63,595 nt of DNA from positions 1 through 63,595 of the forward strand of contig JAGNGI010000005.1 of assembly GCA_018002295.1 (NCBI GenBank). The letters are read 5' to 3'. Both the position numbers and the translations under genes were made by a program. Below are positions 31,028 to 39,576 of the stretch, piece by piece (the first letter of the stretch is position 1; every line of letters begins with the position of its first letter). A model generated the notes under the pieces. That model was not told the DNA's origin, did no database searches, and was given only the letters and a program-made list of their open reading frames with translations. The stretch is from Fidelibacterota bacterium. GTDB taxonomy: Bacteria; Fidelibacterota; UBA2242.

Positions 31028-31747
31028 TTAATTTTTACAATTGGTTCCGTTAATGACCGGAGCCTTTTCTATCTTTTTGAAGAGTTCAGATGATTTCACA
31101 ATTTGTATAATCATCTCAACCTGTTCTTCAAATTTTAGATTGGAGGTGTCAATTACAATAGCATCAGGGGCTTTTTTAAGAGGTGAATGTTCGCGCGAAG
31201 AATCGATTTTATCTCTTTGTTCGATCTCAGTCATAATTTCCGTTATAGATAAATTCTGGCCGATCTTTTGATAGTCGTTAATTCGTCGGCGAGCTCTTGT
31301 TTCCAAATCAGCTTCTAAATAAAATTTAAAATCAGCATCGGGGAAAACATTGGTGCCGATATCGCGACCTTCCATAACAATATTTGCCGTCTTAGCCATT
31401 TCGCGCTGGCGCTTGACTAAAATGTCACGTACGCCTCCAATGGCACTAACCGGACTTACCAAACGCGCGACTTGAGCTGAACGGATTTCATTACTTACAT
31501 CCTCACCGTTTAAAATCGTACGCAAATTGCCATCCGCCCACTCAAACTGAATGTCGGCTTGTTCGGCAATTTTTATCACAGATTGATGATCTTCGACTGC
31601 AACATTTTGCCGGATAACTGCCAAGGTTATCGCTCGATACATTGCGCCGGTATCAATATAAGTAAAATTCAGTCGGCGAGCTACTTCCCGCGCAGTGGTA
31701 CTTTTTCCGCTACCGGCCGGTCCATCGATTGCTATTATAATGCCCAT
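31028..31747 (-). CDS. cmk: Cytidylate kinase
   Basis: IAIDGPAGSGKST, DTGAMYRA, MEGRDIGT.VFPDA, RDKIDSSREHSPL. Confidence 0.96.
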   Translation of the reverse strand: MGIIIAIDGPAGSGKSTTAREVARRLNFTYIDTGAMYRAITLAVIRQNVAVEDHQSVIKIAEQADIQFEWADGNLRTILNGEDVSNEIRSAQVARLVSPVSAIGGVRDILVKRQREMAKTANIVMEGRDIGTNVFPDADFKFYLEADLETRARRRINDYQKIGQNLSITEIMTEIEQRDKIDSSREHSPLKKAPDAIVIDTSNLKFEEQVEMIIQIVKSSELFKKIEKAPVINGTNCKN

Positions 31748-31870
31748 ATTCTACCTTTCAAAAAGCGCGTAAATTTAATTCCATAGGATAACAATTCAAA
31801 TTCCTTTCAGCTATCTTAAGGTAAATTAATACAATATTTGAATAATCAATTGTAAAAATTTGTCACTCCG

Positions 31871-32584
31871 TCATTGATCTGCCAAACCAACCAGAGTCTT
31901 CAGTCGCCGTACTTCAGATTCATTTAGATTGCGCCATTGACCACGTTCCAATCCTGAATAGCGCACACCGGCGAAACTTACCCGATCCAGTGAAATGACT
32001 TTATAGCCTAAAACAGCAAAAATGCGACGCACCTCGCGATTCTGACCTTCCTTTAATTCTATGGTGACGCTGGAAAAACCATCTAAATATTTTATAGTAA
32101 GGATTTGACCAGATGCTTTTTGCGCCCCTCCGATGGAAATTCCTTCCGCTACCTGTTTTTTAATATCGGGAGAGACTCTACCAGCAATTGCTGCTCGATA
32201 GATGCGTTCAACACCAAACTTGGGGTGAGTCAGCCGGTAGGCTAATTCGCCGTCATTAGTCAGCAGAAGCACTCCGGTTGTAGCCATATCCAAACGACCA
32301 ATAGGTTTGGCGAAGGCATTATTTACTAAATCGGTGACTGCTTTGCGGCCGAATTGTTCGTGCATTGTTGTTATATAGCCAGCTGGTTTGTTTAACAGAA
32401 TATACACCGGTTTAGGTGGAACAATTCGGCGATTGTCAACAATCACTTGATCGGTTTCTTTTACCTGAGTAGCCAGGTTGGTTACGATACATCCATTTAT
32501 TTTAACCCGACCTCCTCGGATCAAATCTTCACATTTGCGTCGTGAACCAAAACCGCCCTGCGCTAAATATCTATTCAGTCGCAT
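31871..32584 (-). CDS. rluB: 23S rRNA pseudouridine synthase (RluB/RsuA family)
   Basis: S4 domain MRLNRYLAQGGFGSRRKCE, LLNKPAG, IGRLD, LKEGQNREVRR. Start placed at ATG 32584. Confidence 0.85.
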   Translation of the reverse strand: MRLNRYLAQGGFGSRRKCEDLIRGGRVKINGCIVTNLATQVKETDQVIVDNRRIVPPKPVYILLNKPAGYITTMHEQFGRKAVTDLVNNAFAKPIGRLDMATTGVLLLTNDGELAYRLTHPKFGVERIYRAAIAGRVSPDIKKQVAEGISIGGAQKASGQILTIKYLDGFSSVTIELKEGQNREVRRIFAVLGYKVISLDRVSFAGVRYSGLERGQWRNLNESEVRRLKTLVGLADQ

Positions 32585-33131
32585 CCTGTTCGACAATATC
32601 AGATTGGAGATTGTCTTCACCGGCAATTTCGGCCAGTTCTTTAACCTGTGGTAAATCTTGCAAAGATGCCAATCCGAAATATTCTAAAAAATGGTTAGTG
32701 GTACCATATAGCAGAGGTCGTCCAGGCCCTTCTTGACGACCGGTAATTTTAATCAGATTTTTTTCTACAAGAGGTCTGAGACTGGTATCAACCCCGCGAA
32801 TCGCATCAATTTCGCTTTTGGTAATCGGTTGTTTGTAAGCAATAATAGCTAGCGTTTCCAGAGCCGAGCGTGACAGACGTAATTTGCCCTTATTTTGAAA
32901 AAGCCGACTTAGCCAGGGTTCGTATTCAGCTCTTGTCATTAGCCGATAACCTCCCGCCACCAACTGAATCCAGACCGGAAGTCCTTCCGTTTCAAGATAT
33001 TGATTTAAATCGGCGATAATTTGTGTCAAATCAATGTCCTCTTCGAGACAAATATCTACCTGTGATTTAGTCAACGGCTCGGTTGCGCCGAATAAAAGCG
33101 CTAATACGATTCTATGCGTTTGAGATAACAT
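32571..33131 (-). CDS. scpB: SMC-Scp complex subunit ScpB
   Basis: LLFGATEPL, VAGGYRLMT, LSRSALETLAIIAYKQPITK, GRPLLYGTT. Confidence 0.95.
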   Translation of the reverse strand: MLSQTHRIVLALLFGATEPLTKSQVDICLEEDIDLTQIIADLNQYLETEGLPVWIQLVAGGYRLMTRAEYEPWLSRLFQNKGKLRLSRSALETLAIIAYKQPITKSEIDAIRGVDTSLRPLVEKNLIKITGRQEGPGRPLLYGTTNHFLEYFGLASLQDLPQVKELAEIAGEDNLQSDIVEQDATE

Positions 33132-33852
33132 TATCCTGAATAGTTTTTTTCTTGGTTATCCATATTTCACCGAAAATATCCTTCTGCGATACGCTAATTT
33201 CCATTGATTTGATCATTTCCAGAATAGCCAGAAAAGTAACCACAACTTCGAGTCGGTCGGTTAATTTAGCCGCAATTTCGGAAAATCGAATACGGCTTCT
33301 TTTTTTTAAACATTCTCTTATGAATAATATTTGCTGACGAATGTTGACCTTCATAATTTCGAGATTGACCGGCTCAACTTTTGGCAGTTTCTCGAGAATT
33401 TGCTGAAAAGCGAGCCCCAGATCGATCAAAGTTATATCACCGAGGAAAAGTTCGGGATCATAATTGCGCTGGTCTGACGTCAGTGTGACTGGAAAATGGC
33501 GGGATTGATTTGCTTCAAGTCGCTTCAGTTGCTCGCCGATCTCTTTGTATTTCTGATATTCGACGAGCATTTGGACTAATTCGGTGCGTGGATCTTCAAT
33601 ATCCTCGAGTTTTTCGGTTTCCGGACGCGGCAGGAGCATTTGAACTTTGATTCTTATAAGGATGGAAGCCATCAGGATAAATTCACCCGCTAACTGCAGA
33701 TTTAAACTCTGCATGAGTTGTAGATAATTAAGATATTCATCCGTTATATAGGCAATGGGTATGTCGTAAATGTTAATCTCATCTCTCTTAATAAAGAAAA
33801 GCAAGAGGTCGAGTGGCCCTTCATATACGTTTAGTTTGACGTTGTAACTCAT
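33112..33852 (-). CDS. scpA: Segregation and condensation protein ScpA
   Basis: YEGPLDLLLFFI, AGEFILMAS, VVTFLAILEM. Confidence 0.95.
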   Translation of the reverse strand: MSYNVKLNVYEGPLDLLLFFIKRDEINIYDIPIAYITDEYLNYLQLMQSLNLQLAGEFILMASILIRIKVQMLLPRPETEKLEDIEDPRTELVQMLVEYQKYKEIGEQLKRLEANQSRHFPVTLTSDQRNYDPELFLGDITLIDLGLAFQQILEKLPKVEPVNLEIMKVNIRQQILFIRECLKKRSRIRFSEIAAKLTDRLEVVVTFLAILEMIKSMEISVSQKDIFGEIWITKKKTIQDNVISNA

Positions 33853-33905
33853 TAATCCGATTAAAATTGCTGGATTCGCCAGTCCAGGTAATGGATTATC
33901 ACGTC

Positions 33906-34895
33906 TTATCCGATTCTCATTTTATTATGGACATCAGCCATAGTGTTTTGGGCGACCTGACGAGCCCGTTTCTCGCCATCAATTAAAATGTCAATGACCT
34001 CAGATTGGTGAGTGGCATAATAGATCCGACGAGTACGATAAGGTGCGATAACACTTTGAATTGCCGTCCCGCATTTCATTTTACATTCGACACAACCGAG
34101 AGCGCCGCTTGTGCAACCGGCGTAAATTTCGGGACATTGAGCAGGATTAAATTTTTGATGATAGGTATAAACCAGACAAATTTCGGGGCGACCGGGATCG
34201 CCGCGTCTTATTTTCTGGGGATCAGTGATAGCTTTTTTAATTTTGGAATTGATTTCTTCATCCGAATCCGCTAAGAGGATCGTATTGCCGACTGATTTAC
34301 TCATTTTATTGCCGTCTAAACCGGGAAGGCGGGCGAATTTGGTTAGCTTGGCTTCCGGTATAGGGAAAACTTTACCCCAGGTCTGATTGAATTTCCGGGC
34401 GATTTCCCGTGTAATTTCTACATGGGGCACCTGATCTTCGCCAACCGGCACAAGGTTAGCTTTATATATCAAAATATCGGCGGCTTGGAGCACGGGGTAA
34501 CCGAGATGTCCGAACGACAAAGTGCCAATATTTAAATCACGCACTTGTTCTTTAAGGGTGGGGTTACGTTCAAGGCGGGCTGTGGTAATTAACATTGCGA
34601 AAATTAGAAATAGTTCGCAGTGTTCTTTGACCTGACTCTGACGAAAAATCGGACTGCGTTGAGGATCTATTCCGACTGCCAGCCAATCGTAAACCATCTC
34701 AATCGTGTTCGAGAATAACTCACTGGTATCCAGATTTGTCGTGAGCGCATGATAATCAGCAATTAGATGATAGTTTTCATATTCGTCTTGTAATTTTACC
34801 CAGTTTTCGAGAGCTCCGACGTAATTACCTAAATGCATTTTACCGGTCGGACGCATTCCGCTTAAGATTCTGCCTTTTACTTTGCGATTTTCCAT
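33906..34895 (-). CDS. trpS: Tryptophan--tRNA ligase
   Basis: SGMRPTGKMHLGNYVG, YPVLQAADIL, VGEDQ, KMSKS. Confidence 0.96.
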   Translation of the reverse strand: MENRKVKGRILSGMRPTGKMHLGNYVGALENWVKLQDEYENYHLIADYHALTTNLDTSELFSNTIEMVYDWLAVGIDPQRSPIFRQSQVKEHCELFLIFAMLITTARLERNPTLKEQVRDLNIGTLSFGHLGYPVLQAADILIYKANLVPVGEDQVPHVEITREIARKFNQTWGKVFPIPEAKLTKFARLPGLDGNKMSKSVGNTILLADSDEEINSKIKKAITDPQKIRRGDPGRPEICLVYTYHQKFNPAQCPEIYAGCTSGALGCVECKMKCGTAIQSVIAPYRTRRIYYATHQSEVIDILIDGEKRARQVAQNTMADVHNKMRIG

Positions 34896-34902
34896 TTTGT
34901 CC

Positions 34903-35433
34903 TTATTCTAAAAATAAATATGGCCGCCACTCGTCAATTGGTGATTCGGCAAATCGTTGTAATGTATGTATCTTGTGAGGCTTAATGGGTTTGGTTCGTA
35001 ATACCATACCAGATTCAATTAAACTGCGGTTTCCTTTTTTGTTATTGCAAGTGATACAGGCGGTAATAAGATTGGTCCAGGTATCTTGACCGCCGTGAAC
35101 TTTGGGAATAATGTGGTCTATAGTTAGTGGTACATTGCGGGCTCCGCAATACTGGCAGGTAAAATTATCGCGCCGGAAAATATTGGCTTTATTAAGAACC
35201 GCTTCCCAGTGTTGAACTTTGATGTATTTGTGAATCCTGATAACGGAAGGGATCTCAAAATTTTGCTGAACAGTCTTTAACATTTGATGATCGAATGCCT
35301 TGACCAGGCTGGCTTTATCCTCCAGAATAAGCACGATCGCCCGTTTGACATCGCAGATATGCAACGGTTCATAGGTCTGGTTTAAAACCAGGACGTTCCG
35401 ATTGATAATATTTGTTTTCGATTCCATATTCAC
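34903..35433 (-). CDS. HNH endonuclease (McrA-like conserved family)
   Basis: VLVLNQTYEPL, PSVIR, RDNFTCQYCG..LTIDHIIPK..GG..W.NL..AC..CN..KG. Confidence 0.9.
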   Translation of the reverse strand: MNMESKTNIINRNVLVLNQTYEPLHICDVKRAIVLILEDKASLVKAFDHQMLKTVQQNFEIPSVIRIHKYIKVQHWEAVLNKANIFRRDNFTCQYCGARNVPLTIDHIIPKVHGGQDTWTNLITACITCNNKKGNRSLIESGMVLRTKPIKPHKIHTLQRFAESPIDEWRPYLFLE

Positions 35434-35643
35434 ACGATGCTGATCAGATTGTCTGACAGCCAGAACGACTCTGTGATCTTAGTAAGGTAATGAAAAATTG
35501 TTAACTGCACGACATCCAATTTTAATCCAGTCAAAACTTCGGGTCCAATTATTTTACAAAGCGGTAAAATTTATACCGCAAGTTGTATTTTCACAACAAA
35601 AAATAACAAGATATAGTGGCTTAAAAATATTCATCATTCGTAG

Positions 35644-36108
35644 CTACATTATCATTCTAATAAATTTTTCTTCTATTCGCAATTGCATTGCGGCAAAGCT
35701 TTCAATTTTCAAAGTATGCTCGAAACATCCATTACGTAAACAACCGATTATTTGTCCTTCGTTAGGTAGTTCCATCGCAAAAGTCGGAGCGGAACAATTG
35801 CGGCAGAGCTCTTGTTCGCGTCGCAAAGATATCCCGCAATGGGGACAGATGATATCGACTATCTCGCCTTTTGGTACCTCGACTTCTGAAATGTTTTCGT
35901 AACTGCCAAATTCTGGGTCAAGATATAACATACCTTCTTTATCTTTCCATCTAATTTTCACTTCAATTGTTTTCAGCCCCTTAATTTTTATTTTTTCTGT
36001 CATTAAATCACAGCCATTGGGGCAGTGAGCATTCTGAATATCAACTATTCGGGGTTGATGAAAAAGGTTTGTATTGTTTAGATCAACGTCCTTTAGTCGT
36101 TTTCCCAT
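35644..36108 (-). CDS. Cys-rich hypothetical protein, probable metal binding
   Basis: HCPNGC, CPHC, CRNC and C...GC motifs. ATG 36108 has an AGGA RBS; the ORF track starts at TTG 36132. Confidence 0.65.
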   Translation of the reverse strand: MGKRLKDVDLNNTNLFHQPRIVDIQNAHCPNGCDLMTEKIKIKGLKTIEVKIRWKDKEGMLYLDPEFGSYENISEVEVPKGEIVDIICPHCGISLRREQELCRNCSAPTFAMELPNEGQIIGCLRNGCFEHTLKIESFAAMQLRIEEKFIRMIM

Positions 36109-36281
36109 TGTTAATCCTATTCTAAATCTCAAATAATCTTGGCAAAATTTACAAATATTTTACTTAATGCCTACAACTGGTTTAGAACTAATTAATATTT
36201 TTTTGCCAAGCTCATAACTATGAATTACGCAAATAGTTTTTTGTTCTTTAAATGAATGTAAGTCGGTATTTATAGATAATT

Positions 36282-36304
36282 AAAAACAGGCTAAAAAGCC
36301 TGTT
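36282..36304 (-). terminator. Intrinsic terminator, probably the original tRNA-Ala terminator displaced by the island
   Basis: Minus strand AACAGGC-TTTTTA-GCCTGTT followed by a T run, 11 nt outside the left direct repeat. Confidence 0.65.
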
Positions 36305-36315
36305 CTACGTTTTGG

Positions 36316-36323
36316 TGATGTGG
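36316..36323 (+). repeat. Left att-like direct repeat TGATGTGG
   Basis: Identical to 40989-40996; lies between the displaced terminator and the island interior. Confidence 0.6.
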
Positions 36324-36416
36324 TGTTTGCTGAACGATGTCAGAACTTTCTTTGAGCAAAATCCAGAGGATTTTGCTGAATGACCCGCCCAGCGTTTCCG
36401 CTCGCTTGACGGCGAG

Positions 36417-36502
36417 CAAAACAGAAAAATTTTATTAACATTATTTAGTTGCGCGCCTCCCAAATTTTTTTCAATTAAGGAAAAGAAAATTTTTCTGTTT
36501 TG
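36417..36502. repeat. 17-bp perfect inverted repeat inside a structured non-coding region
   Basis: CAAAACAGAAAAATTTT (36417-36433) and AAAATTTTTCTGTTTTG (36486-36502), 52-nt spacer. Confidence 0.8.
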
Positions 36503-36642
36503 ATATTCTGCTAACGCAGAATTACAGAAACGCTTTCCCGCCCCCGGACGAGGCGAGCGGGCAAAAATTCATTGGTGGGAATAACATTCAGACCCCTTTT
36601 TTTCCTGTCCACTAGAAGCCCACGGCGGTTTTTTCGGCGGGC

Positions 36643-37146
36643 TTAATTATTGTTCCTAATCTTTATCGCTTCTTCAACCGCATCAGCGATGTATTGTGAA
36701 ATCCAATCGTATCTCTCTTTACTATTTTGTCCGGTAGGATTATAACATTTAACTATTGCAGATAATTTTTTACCACTATCGCCATAACCTATATAATCAA
36801 ATGGATTTTCGCCTTTATCGGAAATATACCCTTCACTATTTTTTAGCCCATGAATATAAATGCCAACGACGCCCATACCTTCATTCCACGACTTTATTAT
36901 TTCGTAATTTATCCATTTTCTGTTTGCGGTTTTACTTCCAACAAGCACAATAGTGCATGACCTATATTTCATTTGTTCATTTATCCACCTCTTAATGGCG
37001 TCATCACCAGCACTTATAATTCGTTCCCAATCATTATCGGGGGCGGGTTTATTTCCTTCTACAACTCCTATATTGCGAACCTGGGATGCCAGCCAACAAT
37101 CGGGTCTGTAATGAAAACTATAAAATACTTGTCTTTTTGTTGTCAT
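36643..37146 (-). CDS. TIR-domain protein (MTH538/DUF1863, ThsB-like)
   Basis: KRQVFYSFHY, SCTIVLVGSKTANRKWINYEIIKS with the catalytic Glu, GVVGIYIHGLKN, GENPF. Confidence 0.85.
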   Translation of the reverse strand: MTTKRQVFYSFHYRPDCWLASQVRNIGVVEGNKPAPDNDWERIISAGDDAIKRWINEQMKYRSCTIVLVGSKTANRKWINYEIIKSWNEGMGVVGIYIHGLKNSEGYISDKGENPFDYIGYGDSGKKLSAIVKCYNPTGQNSKERYDWISQYIADAVEEAIKIRNNN

Positions 37147-37150
37147 ATCT

Positions 37151-37552
37151 TTACTTAAACAAGGAATAAATTAAAGTTGTAATGCAGAGTAGTGATAAAT
37201 AAAAAATCAAAAGCGTCTGGGAAAACATTGATGGCAACCAGCAATTTTTTCTATTTTTCTTAAATTCATTCGTATCCATAGAAAAATCAATGTCTTTCAC
37301 ATCGAGCACCCTAACGTGGTCGTATAAAGCCCTAAATAATCTCTCTTGCGAAAGAAAATATCCATCTAAAACCCAAAATATTATTATAAGAAAATAGGCA
37401 ATCAAAATATAATTTTGGTTTGTATCTTTGGTAAACAACACAAAAAGTCCAGTTATCAAAGTAATCACCCAACCTCTAATGAAAAATAAATTTCCCGCCA
37501 TTCGGTTAATTGCACCCTGAATAAACTCTAAATGTTGTTGCTTATTTTCCAT
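37151..37552 (-). CDS. Small 3-TM membrane protein, putative TIR-signal effector
   Basis: HLEFIQGAINRMAGNLFFIRGW, two TM helices, polar linker DGYFLSQERLFRALYD, C-terminal TM; 4 nt from the TIR gene. Confidence 0.7.
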   Translation of the reverse strand: MENKQQHLEFIQGAINRMAGNLFFIRGWVITLITGLFVLFTKDTNQNYILIAYFLIIIFWVLDGYFLSQERLFRALYDHVRVLDVKDIDFSMDTNEFKKNRKNCWLPSMFSQTLLIFYLSLLCITTLIYSLFK

Positions 37553-37561
37553 TTTTAATTA

Positions 37562-39571
37562 TTAAATACTCTCATCAACGATCTTTACTGTTCTTTTCCT
37601 TAATTCAGCTTTCTCGTTAATAATATCTCTGGTCTCATTAGTAATTTTTTGAATCTCATTTTGATCATTACTTATAGGCAGAATAATTTCACTCAATCTA
37701 TTTCCAATAGTTGAAATTGTTGCCTGTACAAATGTTTTAGAATCTATTTGCTTTCTTACAATTTTACTATTCAAGAGATAAAACAAATAATACGGATCAA
37801 TAAATTCTGTATTTAGTACCCTGATTTTTCTTAAATGACTTTGAATAATTATCTTTAAATCTAATTTTGTAACCATGGCAGTACGTCCAATCAAAAATGT
37901 TCCGTCATTTACGAATAAAATGTCTTTCTCTTGAATATCTTGAGATTTCTTGTATTGATTGTATATATCATCAGAAACGGCTTTTACTGGATCAAATTTA
38001 ATTTCCCAATTAACAATGTCACTAGTTCTTACAAAAGGTATCTCTCCTGTTCCATAGAATTGCGAACCTATTTCGTTACCTCTTCTAATTTGCAAAATCC
38101 CTTTGTCTATTAACTCTCCAATTGAGATTAACGAATATTTGCCACTATTTTTTAATACCTCTAACTCCTTGCGGATTTCAGGATTATAGTACTCAGGAAT
38201 AAAAATATGATCGTTTAAGTCTGAATAAGCGATACGAAATCCTAAATGTTCATCTGTAATTTTATTTTTGTTGTTATATTCATTAAAATTCTTTGCAATA
38301 GCAGGAAGGTCATCATCTAAGATTTTACTACTGTTGGTTTTATCTATTTTATAGACGGGCTTTCCGTTTTTATTATGACCAACATTATAGGCAATTGCCA
38401 TAAAAATTGATTTTGGCTTCTCGGTAGTTTTTTTCAAAAATAAAACACTAGTTTTAGTATGTGTGCTTGGTTGAAAAGTTTCTTGAGATAAACTTACAAT
38501 TCCAATAACTGAGGCAACGCTTGAGATATATTCCCAGATATATCTATCAGACGGATTACCAAAAATACCTTCTGGTAAAACAATGCCAAGGCGACCGCCC
38601 TCGCGGAGCAATTGGAGGCATCTTTCAATAAATAAGACTTGGGGGGATTGCTTATCAAGTAATTTTTTTGTTTGTAGCCATTTTTCGCCATTTTCCCACA
38701 TGTGGCCTAGTTGATATTGACTCAATAATTCCCTCCCAACAACAGGAATTTTTGCCCCAAAAGGAGGATTTGTAAGAACAACATCAAAAGTGCCAAGCTG
38801 GATATTTTCTTTGGTATCTTTGCTCCATTTAATCGGAACCTCTAAGCTGTTTTCGCAATAAATATGAAATTCATGGTCGCCAAGTAATGAAAGGTAAATT
38901 TTTGCTATTTTTGCCAAGAAAGCATCTTTATCAATTCCAGTAAGATAAAAATTTTTCTTATTATTGGAAATAAAATGTCTTAATGTATAGGCGAGAAATC
39001 CCCCACTACCACAGGCAGGGTCAATAATCCGCTCCCCTTCTTGAGGAGACAAAACATCAATCATCATTTGCACAACATTTCTTGGTGTGAAAAATTGCCC
39101 TTCTCCACCTCTAAAAGAAGTGCCTATCAACTCTTCAAAGGCATCACCAATAACATCTCTGTCTGCATTTATGATTGAATAATCTTCTAATTTTGAAACT
39201 ATAAAAGAAAGTTCTTCAGCTTTTATTTCTATTTTTTCATTTTGCTCAAAAATATCAGGATAATTATTTTTGACTTTCTCAAATAAATCATCAATTCTTC
39301 TTTGAAACAAATCATAATTTTCATCGGGGCGGTTAGAAAATTCAACTATGTTTCTGCTATTCTTTTCATCATAAATTTTACAAAAAAGAAGCCGCATTAT
39401 ATTTTGTGCGATCTTTTCATCCCTTGTAATGCCAGTTACATTGCCAGCAAAATAGTCCCGAATTTCTCGAAATATCAACTTAAGATTGTTTATTGGTTTC
39501 AAGTCAACAATCTTGATCATTTTTTTAACTCTTGTTTTTTCGGCTAAATCAAATAAATATAAAGTTTCCAT
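37562..39571 (-). CDS. N6-adenine DNA methyltransferase (HsdM-like) fused to a C-terminal HsdS-like target recognition domain
   Basis: LLFCKIYDE, GQFFTPRNVV, motif I IDPACGSGGFL, motif IV TNPPFG, GRLGIVLPEG; C-terminal TRD-like IPFVRTSDI...GTFLIGRTA...QATISTI..RL.EI.LPI. Confidence 0.88.
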   Translation of the reverse strand: METLYLFDLAEKTRVKKMIKIVDLKPINNLKLIFREIRDYFAGNVTGITRDEKIAQNIMRLLFCKIYDEKNSRNIVEFSNRPDENYDLFQRRIDDLFEKVKNNYPDIFEQNEKIEIKAEELSFIVSKLEDYSIINADRDVIGDAFEELIGTSFRGGEGQFFTPRNVVQMMIDVLSPQEGERIIDPACGSGGFLAYTLRHFISNNKKNFYLTGIDKDAFLAKIAKIYLSLLGDHEFHIYCENSLEVPIKWSKDTKENIQLGTFDVVLTNPPFGAKIPVVGRELLSQYQLGHMWENGEKWLQTKKLLDKQSPQVLFIERCLQLLREGGRLGIVLPEGIFGNPSDRYIWEYISSVASVIGIVSLSQETFQPSTHTKTSVLFLKKTTEKPKSIFMAIAYNVGHNKNGKPVYKIDKTNSSKILDDDLPAIAKNFNEYNNKNKITDEHLGFRIAYSDLNDHIFIPEYYNPEIRKELEVLKNSGKYSLISIGELIDKGILQIRRGNEIGSQFYGTGEIPFVRTSDIVNWEIKFDPVKAVSDDIYNQYKKSQDIQEKDILFVNDGTFLIGRTAMVTKLDLKIIIQSHLRKIRVLNTEFIDPYYLFYLLNSKIVRKQIDSKTFVQATISTIGNRLSEIILPISNDQNEIQKITNETRDIINEKAELRKRTVKIVDESI

Positions 39572-39576
39572 AAAAA

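Noticed and set aside
34903-35433. HNH nuclease as part of the defence island or a homing element
   Set aside because: It lies outside the direct repeats, 7 nt from trpS, with host-like composition, and belongs to a widespread chromosomal HNH family.
36138-36210. 10-bp inverted repeat CTTGGCAAAA / TTTTGCCAAG upstream of the Cys-rich gene
   Set aside because: Half A/T run with a 53-nt spacer; it could be chance and no function can be supported.
36380-36645. CRISPR array, hammerhead ribozyme or riboswitch in the structured region
   Set aside because: No regularly spaced repeats, no CUGAUGA/GAAA core and no recognisable aptamer consensus.
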